From assembly GCA_964636545.1 (NCBI GenBank), contig CAZWSR010000005.1:36715-57986 (forward strand): DNA of 21,272 nt. Reading direction: 5' to 3'. How positions within the stretch are numbered: position 1 is the first letter of the stretch; the number at the start of each line of letters is the position of its first letter. The translations under genes were made by a program, and so were the position numbers. Origin of the DNA: Candidatus Undinarchaeota archaeon. Lineage in GTDB: Archaea; Undinarchaeota; Undinarchaeia; Undinarchaeales; UBA543. The notes beneath the pieces are model-generated. The model saw nothing but the letters and a program-made list of their open reading frames with translations. It was not told the DNA's origin and searched no databases. This document shows positions 7,561 to 15,600 of the stretch, piece by piece.

Positions 7561-7688
7561 GTGCTCCACACCAAATGGCGGTGTGTGAAGACGGTGGGAA
7601 AACCATCTAAAACCATGAGATATGGAGCAAATACATTAGCTTGTAAAAACTGTAATAATATTTCCTCCCCCTTAGTCTTCACAAACAC
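7561..7688 (-). ncRNA. Candidate promoter-driven, pseudoknotted non-coding RNA
   Basis: On the minus strand, BRE/TATA-like CGAAAC-GTATATATA lies at 7726-7712. Long-range stem 7675-7686/7581-7592 (11 of 12 pairs) is crossed by a 7-bp pairing 7623-7629/7562-7568. Confidence 0.4.
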
Positions 7689-7828
7689 AAGTAAATCATT
7701 AGAAACTGTGGTATATATACGTTTCGTATTTGATATAAAATGTTAAATGCCTTATGATAATATGTTAAATAAGTATAAGATATTCAGAAATAAGGCATAT
7801 TTATTAAATACTTTATTTCACATAAAAA

Positions 7829-8461
7829 TCAAAGCTTATCCAAATAATCTTCTACAATTTTTTCCTCAACATTACCAAGAAGATACACACCCAAGATGTG
7901 TTTCTTATCTATACCATTGGGTGCATAAACAGCCATTTCACTAACATCTTCAATGTCTGTCTTTAGTCCCTTTTTGAATATAATAAAAGCACCTTTTCTT
8001 TTGTCTGCATATTGGATTTCTCTTATAAAATCAGATTTAGATAAACCACTTTTTTTAAAATAAGCAAGAATAGTGGCGTGGTTTTCTTTAATAAAATAAG
8101 GATCCATTTTATCAATAAAACCAAATTTCAATACAAGATATTGAACAAATGAATTTGACTTAGCATATCTTGCTGCAATTAGACATTCATCCATGTGTTT
8201 GTGATCAGGCCAATGTTCTTTAAATGGAGCTAGGAAACAATGATCCTTTTCAACATCATCTTTAGCACAGTAATACGCCCACCCGTTTTTCGTTAAAATT
8301 TTTTCTCCACTACCACGAAACTTTTCATTCTCAAAAAAATCAATAACAGATTCTATGCTATCTCCCCTGACACCAAGAACCTCAGAATCTTTGAATAATT
8401 TAGAATTAAGTTCTTTTCCTTTTTTAAGAAGATCCTCAATTTCGTTTTTTGATAAGACCAT
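7829..8461 (-). CDS. Putative ADP-ribosyltransferase-fold protein
   Basis: Motifs in ART-fold order: GVRGDS, CFLAP, AARYA, GAFIIF, SEMAV, GIDKKHILGV. Start moved to the ATG at 8461 (MVLSK), with TTTATA about 22-27 nt upstream. Confidence 0.55.
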   Translation of the reverse strand: MVLSKNEIEDLLKKGKELNSKLFKDSEVLGVRGDSIESVIDFFENEKFRGSGEKILTKNGWAYYCAKDDVEKDHCFLAPFKEHWPDHKHMDECLIAARYAKSNSFVQYLVLKFGFIDKMDPYFIKENHATILAYFKKSGLSKSDFIREIQYADKRKGAFIIFKKGLKTDIEDVSEMAVYAPNGIDKKHILGVYLLGNVEEKIVEDYLDKL

Positions 8462-8492
8462 GGAAGAATAGTATCTTAGAAGTATAAATAAT

Positions 8493-10139
8493 CTACATAA
8501 ACGCTTCAGCATCCTTGCTCTTCAGTTCTTTCCCGCACTTTGCACACAAACCAGACCCATCCATTACTAATTCTTTCTTGCACTTCTCACATTTTACTGC
8601 ATTTGCTTCAATCCACTCACTAATTCGCGGGAATTTTACAGGCAAAGCAAAATTAAATGAGCCAGTGCTTACAAAAACACCTTCCCCAGTTTCATAATAT
8701 GGAATTTTTTTCTCAAGTTCGCCAATATACGGAGTTGTGTCGCAAAGTGCGCGTGCATCTTTTGGAATTAACTGCAAAGTTATTTTATTATGAATCTGTT
8801 TTAGCACCCGCTGGTCAATTCCACTGGGATCTTGCTCAACAACTATTGTGAAAACCTTGAACTTGCGACCCTCTTTTGCAATTTTGGCAATAATGTTTCC
8901 CTTGCTAGCTTCTTCAGGAGAAAGATAATTATGTGCTTCTTCAATTAAGAGTCCAGCTGGTTTGTACTTCTTCCACTCGTCTTTATTGTTAATGCACATG
9001 CCTTTGTAGTCCTTGAATAGCTCATTTGCAATCAAAGATGTCATTAATTTGGCTGTGCTGTTGCTTACACTGCTTACATCAACAACATACCATAATCCGC
9101 GCGACACATCTTCTTTAATTTCTTTGAGAATTGGTGTGTATTCGCGTCCCCAAATAAGATTGTCGTCCTTGATAATGCTTTTCAATCTGCGTTTAACAGC
9201 ATCCATTACTTTTCTGCCAGCAGAATCACCATAATCACTTCCTAATTTTGGCAAAAATTTCTCTGGATCTTCATTGATTATCATTTCAACCCAGTTTTTG
9301 GAGCGAGTTAGGATTTGAGTATCGTCCTGAACATCACCTTTGTGCAATTTCCAATAATAATCTCGGCATCGCCACATAAATGGTGTCTGAGTTTCAGGAT
9401 TAAAGTTACGGACCTCGCAAAAATCGCCTGGAGTTAATAATCCAAGAGGAATACTGAGAGATTTTGCATTTTTATCAGACCTATCTGGAGAAATTGTTAG
9501 GTGCATGATCTTGGTTTGTGTTCCAGAGTTCAAAACTTTCAAATCATCATAATATTCTCCATGAGGATCAATAATTACACCGCCAGCAAAGCTTCCATCC
9601 TTGTCGCCTTTGATTGTAACACCAAGAAGCACTTTTGCAGCATTGGTTTTACCAGAACTTGTCCATCCAGACAAGAGCCAGTGAGTGATATATGAATTTT
9701 TCTTGAATCCAACCTTTGTTTCCAACTTTTTACTACCACTTCTGACATGCGCAAAGTCTAATCTAGGAAGTCCAAGCCGCCCTTCTTCAAAATCCAGGTC
9801 TTCAAGTTCGTAAATTGGATTTCCATGGCGCGGAATTGTCTTGTAACCAACAACTTTTGTTGATGTTTGCTTTCTAAACTCCAAAAGTATGCTGGCTTGA
9901 GCATAAAGAAGGTAGCGTTCACCAATATCATAAGCAAAATCCTCGCGATTTATTCTTGCGCCAATATCGGAATCAAGCGGCCGTTCTTCAAGGGTTGTAA
10001 CAAAGATGTAGAAGATTTTTGAATCAGTTTCAACTTTATAGAAGCCTTCTTCTTCAACAATGTCTTGATTTTCCACAAAAAAATAGAGCTTTCTTTTGCT
10101 ACCGTCAAAATAATCAACACTTCCTACTTTGTTCATCAC
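8493..10139 (-). CDS. HerA/FtsK-superfamily ATPase (HAS barrel + DUF87-like domain) with a C-terminal CxxC..CxxC finger
   Basis: N-terminal beta-barrel, Walker A SGWTSSGKTN, IIDPHGEY, Walker B LLIEEAHNYL, arginine finger IAKEGRKF, sensor EQDP, and C-terminal CEKC...CAKC. SD AGGTG; start is GTG 10139 or ATG 10136. Confidence 0.9.
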   Translation of the reverse strand: MMNKVGSVDYFDGSKRKLYFFVENQDIVEEEGFYKVETDSKIFYIFVTTLEERPLDSDIGARINREDFAYDIGERYLLYAQASILLEFRKQTSTKVVGYKTIPRHGNPIYELEDLDFEEGRLGLPRLDFAHVRSGSKKLETKVGFKKNSYITHWLLSGWTSSGKTNAAKVLLGVTIKGDKDGSFAGGVIIDPHGEYYDDLKVLNSGTQTKIMHLTISPDRSDKNAKSLSIPLGLLTPGDFCEVRNFNPETQTPFMWRCRDYYWKLHKGDVQDDTQILTRSKNWVEMIINEDPEKFLPKLGSDYGDSAGRKVMDAVKRRLKSIIKDDNLIWGREYTPILKEIKEDVSRGLWYVVDVSSVSNSTAKLMTSLIANELFKDYKGMCINNKDEWKKYKPAGLLIEEAHNYLSPEEASKGNIIAKIAKEGRKFKVFTIVVEQDPSGIDQRVLKQIHNKITLQLIPKDARALCDTTPYIGELEKKIPYYETGEGVFVSTGSFNFALPVKFPRISEWIEANAVKCEKCKKELVMDGSGLCAKCGKELKSKDAEAFM

Positions 10140-10178
10140 TACACCTACCGTGGAATGTGTAAGAAGTGGTGGTATATA

Positions 10179-11243
10179 TTACTTTCTTGGGTCTTCTATT
10201 ATTTCACTATCTTGTTTAAGTTTTTTTATTTTAGATTGCCCAAGAAAACGAATATCCAAACACGGACCGTCTTTTTTTCCATTAATTTCTAGATAATTTT
10301 CATTACCACAAGTTTCAATACCATACCAATCAGGTGCACGCGTTCTGACAACATGATTTCCAAGACGCCTGTAAAGAGTTGGATCAACAAAGATCCAATC
10401 ACCATTGATTTTAACCTCATTCCAAAGATGAGAAGCAAAACCAAGTCCAGAATCAACTAAAAACCAATGTGTTTGACCAGATACTTGTTCATCACCTTTT
10501 AATTTAACATTAATAACTTCACTTCTATGACGCCGAGAATCAATTCCTAATCTATGCATGATTGCATAAAATACGATAGAGTATTCTTTGCAAGTTCCAA
10601 CGTGTTTTCCAGTTGAATTTTTTATTTCAAAAAATTTCTTTAATCGATTCTTCTCAAGATTCTGAATATTTTTACGATAGAATATTCTGTCAGGATTTTT
10701 TGGATCTTTTGGAGGATAAACTATGTGTTTTTTCATCCAATCCAATACATAAAAAATCTGATGCAATTTATCATTTGTAGTTTCTTTTATTTTATTAACA
10801 AGTTCAGTTAATTCCTCAAAAACACCATCAAGCACCTGTGTTTTAGAAAAATTATCAAATTGGAATTCAGTAAAAGTTCGTTCCAATGGTAATTCATTTC
10901 GTCTAGTTAATTTCAAAATAATTTGAAGTGGTTGTTCTAAAGTAGATTCAACAATACCTCTTAACACAAAAAAATTCTTATTATCTAATTTTCGAAGAGA
11001 ATCTGGAAATTGATCAAGTTCAATTTCAAATCTACCAGCATTTTTTGGTATTTCCAATTCAAGAGGACCAGAATAGGAAATATCAACAGGAAAATGTTCA
11101 CCGCCATCTTTTATTTTGGATTCGCATAATTCAAAAGTTATAAACATCGACTTAATTCCTTCAGTTTCAAAATTAATTTTAGTCCAATTTAAGGGAAACA
11201 AAGATTTATTAACAAGTTTTCCTAATTCAGGTTGAGAACCCAT
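10179..11243 (-). CDS. Transglutaminase-like (papain-fold) cysteine enzyme
   Basis: Catalytic triad motifs GTCKEYS..F.AIMHRLGI.SR (Cys), SHLWNEV (His) and WIFVDPT (Asp). Confidence 0.88.
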   Translation of the reverse strand: MGSQPELGKLVNKSLFPLNWTKINFETEGIKSMFITFELCESKIKDGGEHFPVDISYSGPLELEIPKNAGRFEIELDQFPDSLRKLDNKNFFVLRGIVESTLEQPLQIILKLTRRNELPLERTFTEFQFDNFSKTQVLDGVFEELTELVNKIKETTNDKLHQIFYVLDWMKKHIVYPPKDPKNPDRIFYRKNIQNLEKNRLKKFFEIKNSTGKHVGTCKEYSIVFYAIMHRLGIDSRRHRSEVINVKLKGDEQVSGQTHWFLVDSGLGFASHLWNEVKINGDWIFVDPTLYRRLGNHVVRTRAPDWYGIETCGNENYLEINGKKDGPCLDIRFLGQSKIKKLKQDSEIIEDPRK

Positions 11244-11265
11244 GCATATTCTTTGATTTTAAAAA

Positions 11266-11273
11266 TATATAAA
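11266..11273. promoter_or_regulatory. Shared TATA box of a divergent promoter
   Basis: TATATAAA (TTTATATA on the minus strand) sits 23 nt from both the minus-strand ATG at 11243 and the plus-strand ATG at 11296. Confidence 0.6.
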
Positions 11274-11295
11274 TGTTAAGCAACATGTTTTTCAC

Positions 11296-11562
11296 ATGGA
11301 AAATCAAAATTCTGATACTGAAAACCGATTTAATGCAATTGAACAGAGAAATAAGAGAGTAGAATTAGATAAATCCTGGGAAACCAGCTTAACTAGAAAA
11401 ATAATTATTACATTTTTAACATATATTACAATTGTATTGTTTTTCCTAGTTGCAAAATTACCAAAACCATTTATTAATCCAATTATTCCAACAGCAGCAT
11501 TTGTAATTTCAACATTATCCTTGCCATTTTTCAAAAAAATGTGGATTAAAATGAAAAAATAG
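11296..11562 (+). CDS. Small 2-TM conserved hypothetical membrane protein
   Basis: RNKRVELDKSWETSLTRK followed by two hydrophobic helices. From memory this resembles a hypothetical family seen in CPR/DPANN genomes; not verified. Confidence 0.75.
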   Translation: MENQNSDTENRFNAIEQRNKRVELDKSWETSLTRKIIITFLTYITIVLFFLVAKLPKPFINPIIPTAAFVISTLSLPFFKKMWIKMKK

Positions 11563-11623
11563 AAAAGTAAAAACAATATCCTAACCAAAAGCTATTTTAC
11601 TACCTCCTACACACTGTAACGTC

Positions 11624-12400
11624 ATGGAAATTCCTGAAAATAAAATTGAGGCACTTGCAAATCTCTATTACCAGCCGACTCGTTACTGTTTTGAGCTTAG
11701 AAAACTTGGTGAAAAGATGGTTACAGAAGAAGAACGCAAGCAAATTTTGGTTTTTATCCCAACAAATTTGAAATTTCTTGGAATGAAAATGCCAGATCTA
11801 AAGAAAATTGCTAACAAAACAACTAAATTGTGCATTGATAGACCAGAAATACTATTTAAATTACTTGAAATCTTGTGGAATGATGCTACAAGAGAGGGAA
11901 GACAGATTTCAGCAGAGATTTTAGTGAAAACTTCTTCGAAATACCCTGAAAAAACCTTTGAATTCATTGAAAAGCGACTAACACACATTGGTGACTGGGA
12001 ATTATGCGATAGATTGGCTTGCATGAGCATAAAAAAGTTGCTGAAAAACGATTTTGCGAAGTTCAATAAGCTAATATCAATGTGGATAGAGGATGAAAAC
12101 CTATGGGTAAGGCGCTTCGGCACGGTTTGTTTAGTTACTTTAGCACATTTAGGACACCCAGATACTAGTTATATCACTAAAAACCTTGAAAAGGTCATGG
12201 AAGATCGCGAATATTATGTGAAAAAGTCAGTTGGTTGGGTTTTGAGGGAATTGACAAAGTATTATGACCCTGAAATTGCTTATAAATTCATGCTAAAACA
12301 TACAAGGACAGAAAATAAGGACACAAAATGGATTTTGAGAGATGGTAGTGAGAAATTGAGTGATGAGAAAAGGCAGAAAATCTTGAAAAGATTGAAATAA
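11624..12400 (+). CDS. DNA alkylation repair protein (AlkD-like HEAT-repeat family)
   Basis: FLGMKMPDLKKIA, LW....RE.R, DWELCD, W..DENLWVRR and D.EYYVKKSVGWVLRE motifs. Confidence 0.9.
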   Translation: MEIPENKIEALANLYYQPTRYCFELRKLGEKMVTEEERKQILVFIPTNLKFLGMKMPDLKKIANKTTKLCIDRPEILFKLLEILWNDATREGRQISAEILVKTSSKYPEKTFEFIEKRLTHIGDWELCDRLACMSIKKLLKNDFAKFNKLISMWIEDENLWVRRFGTVCLVTLAHLGHPDTSYITKNLEKVMEDREYYVKKSVGWVLRELTKYYDPEIAYKFMLKHTRTENKDTKWILRDGSEKLSDEKRQKILKRLK

Positions 12401-12404
12401 TCAT

Positions 12405-12439
12405 CACCAACTACCCACTACCAACCACCAACTACTCAT
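12405..12439. repeat. Heptamer tandem repeat, same family as 6151-6178 and 6971-6998
   Basis: CACCAAC TACCCAC TACCAAC CACCAAC TACTCAT; in rotation this reads ACTACCC, ACTACCA, ACCACCA, ACTACTC. Confidence 0.8.
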
Positions 12440-12577
12440 GACATATGTCATTGAATTTAATTTTTGTTTGACTTAGAATTTATATTCTCTAGAATATACT
12501 TTTTCTGAAAATAGTAGAAACTACAAAATATACATTAGACCCACTAATGACCATTGTCATTAGAAAATGTATATAAA
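12438..12577 (+). promoter_or_regulatory. Surface-protein promoter with two ATGAC-N4-GTCAT palindromes
   Basis: ATGACATATGTCAT (12438-12451) and CTAATGAC-CATT-GTCATTAG (12544-12563). The second abuts GAAAATG-TATATAAA (TATA 12570-12577). Confidence 0.6.
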
Positions 12578-12643
12578 CTATGCAAACCATAGAGAAAATA
12601 TTGAAAAAAGTTTTTGCCCTACAAGGCAAAACCGGGGTTACGC

Positions 12644-15600
12644 GTGGTATATAAGAAATATAGGTACTATAAGGGCAAAAAGTTGGGCCCGTACTACTAC
12701 GAAAGTGTGAGACAACCTGACGGCACAGTAAAATCAGTTTATCTTGGCAAAAAAGCTCCAAAAGGAGCAAAAATAGCAAGAGAAAATATTTTCAAATTTC
12801 AAAAACCAGAGTTTTTCAACAGAATTCAACCACGATATTTTATAGTACTTTTAATTGCATTTGTATTAATAGGTGGATTTTTATTCTTAACAGGTTCTGG
12901 AGGACCACTAGCCACAGGATACGCAACATTACCAGATGGCCCAGGTGGTTGTTCAAACTTGACTGTTTTGAATGAAACCAACATTAGTACAAGCATAACA
13001 CTTTGTGCAGGCACATATTACATGAATGATACATATAATGACGGTGTAGTAGTTGAAAACAATGGAACTCTTGTAATAGATACAGATTCTATTGAATTAG
13101 ACTGTAATGGAGCCATAATTAGAGGAGATGGCCAAGGTTATGGAATTTTCATGGAAAACAGGACAGGCGTCACTATTAGGAATTGCGTACTGCAAGGTTA
13201 CAATAAAGCGATTAATGTTTATAATACAAATGACAGCCACATTGTTGACAATGAAGTAGATGGTAGCGCTGTTGCTGGATTACTCAATGGAATTTATGTC
13301 AGGACTTCAACAGACCTGAACATATCAAACAACAGCGTGCACGATACAATAGACGCCGGGATAACAATGGTGGGACTATTGGGGGGGATGAAACCAAACA
13401 GCGATAACATATTTTATAATAATTCATTATACGATTCAATTGTCGGAGACGGACTAGACCTGACTGTAAATGAAAACAGCACGATTTATGAGAATTTGAT
13501 TTACTCAAATGGAGGGACTGGTATAGATGTGACTAGCGGAGGATACAACCATAGTATATACAACAATACAATTTATGAAAACGTAGTATATGGAATAGAA
13601 GTAGCAGGATCAAACACAACTGTATTTTGGAATAATATTTCAGACAATATAGACAGTGGGATAGTGGTTATAGATGATAATAACACAATTCATAATAATA
13701 CAATTACAGGAAATGATGAAGGAATATATGTGTCAAGTGCAAACTTCCTAGAAATTTACAATAACACAGTTAACCTTAGCACAGCAGAGAACATTTACTT
13801 GTCATCAGCACTGAATTCTAATGTTTCAAATAACACAGCTCTAAATGGAACATATGGCATTCGTGTAGATGGTACAAGCTTGAACAATAACATTATGTCA
13901 AATAATGCAAGTGGAAACTCAATTAAAGGAATTAGTATTGAAGCAGGCCTAACATTAATCTATGATAATTACATGTCTGAAAACTTAGTAAATGTATATG
14001 ATGGTGCTGCTGGAAATAATTGGACAAAAGAAAACACAACAGGGACAAACATAATTGGAGGAAGCATTATTGCAGGAAACTACTATGATAATTATTCTGG
14101 AAAAGACACAGATGGCGACTATATTGGAGACAGTGCTTATGTGGTAGAAGGACAAGGTGGAACAGATACCTACCCACTTTGGTATCCATCACCAGTAATA
14201 ACAACAACATTGGTTTATCCATCAGCGGAAATGAATGTGACGTATTACACCTGGTTCAATGTAACTGTGAATGTTTCATGTACTCAAAATAATTGTGGCA
14301 ATATTGATGTTACATTAGATCCAATTGGAGACACATCAAATTCTGATGTAGATGAGTGGACCATGCGAGGAAGATTCCTAAATCGCACAAGTTATACAAT
14401 ATCTGATGCACCATCTAATATTTCGAAGATTGTTAAAAGCTACACAACAGGAGATGATGTTTACTCTTCACCAGTAATCTATGACGGATTTGTATACTTT
14501 GGAAGTGATGACTTCAAAGTGTATAAGGTAAATATTACAGACATGAGCTTGAATGACAGTTATACCACAGGAAATTATGCTAGATCCACTCCAGCCATTG
14601 CAGAGGGATATTTGTATGTAGGAAGTAATGACCAGAAGATCTACAAATTAAATGCAACAGACATGAACTTGAATAGCAGTTATAACACAACAGCCAAGAT
14701 ATGGGCTTCTGCCCCAGCTGTTGTCAATGGATCGGTATATGTTGCAAGTAATAACAAGAAAATATACCAGATAAATGCAACAGACATGACATATATGGCT
14801 AAGTTCACTTTAGATGGCCCATTCCTTGGCAGACCAACTGATCCAGCTCTAGAAAATGGCTATTTGTATGTAGGAAGTGCAAACTACAAAATGTATCAAT
14901 TAAATGCAACAGATATGCTAGAAGTTAATAACTTCTCAACAAACAATAGTAGTCGTTTTACTTCAGATGTTGTACTTGCAAATGGATTCATATACTTCGG
15001 AAGTCATGATGGCCATGTTTTCCAATTAAATGCAACAGACATGATTGAGGAAAATAATTATACTGTAGCAGGAGGAGACTTCTCAGATTCTATAGCATAT
15101 GCTAACGGATACATATATGCAATAGGAGGGGTTTCAGCAAGCGAACAGATATATCAATTAAATTCCACAGACATGACACTGGTTAACAACTACTCACTTT
15201 CAAGTGTAAGTACATTATCTGTTGGTGGTGGATATCTGTATATAGGAATAGATGGAGTAACAGCAATTGTTCAATTAAATGCCACAGACCTGACTTATAT
15301 CACAAACTATACAACAAACGGTGGAACTGAAACTTCTCCTGCAATTGCAGATGGTAATGTATATATCGGAACTCAAGCAGATGCTGCTGGGAAAATGTAT
15401 CAATTTGGTTCAGTAAAAGGAACTGTGTCAACGACTCCTGGAGCGATTCCGTTCTGGACAAATAAATCAACCAACCCAGTTACAGTAAATCTGGCTGAAG
15501 GAGCAAGTGAGAATGTCACTTTCTGGGTAAATGCAACTGGAGAATATTATGCAATGCATGAGTTCTTTGTATATACAAATCAAACAGCTGATTCAACAAT

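Noticed and set aside
7561-7688. RNase P RNA (GAGGAAA motif) or tRNA
   Set aside because: It lacks the P4 continuation and the 3' conserved region of RNase P RNA, and has no cloverleaf or T-loop consensus.
7561-7944. Short plus-strand ORFs 7561..7746 and 7747..7944
   Set aside because: No recognisable motifs or RBS; the second overlaps the convergent ART-like gene, and the region is better explained as non-coding.
11304-11588. Minus-strand 94-aa ORF with an upstream AGGAGGT
   Set aside because: It is the antisense shadow of the better-supported plus-strand membrane protein, has a TTG start, and the SD spacing is too long.
12614-12643. TTG start at 12614 for the surface protein (likewise the upstream starts at 3352 and 8512)
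   Set aside because: The downstream starts (GTG 12644, ATG 3304, ATG 8461) fit SD or TATA spacing and family N-termini better.
14531-15292. Regularly spaced 15-nt repeats as a CRISPR array
   Set aside because: The repeats are too short and degenerate, the spacers exceed 100 nt, all copies are in frame within a CDS as propeller blades, and no cas genes are present.
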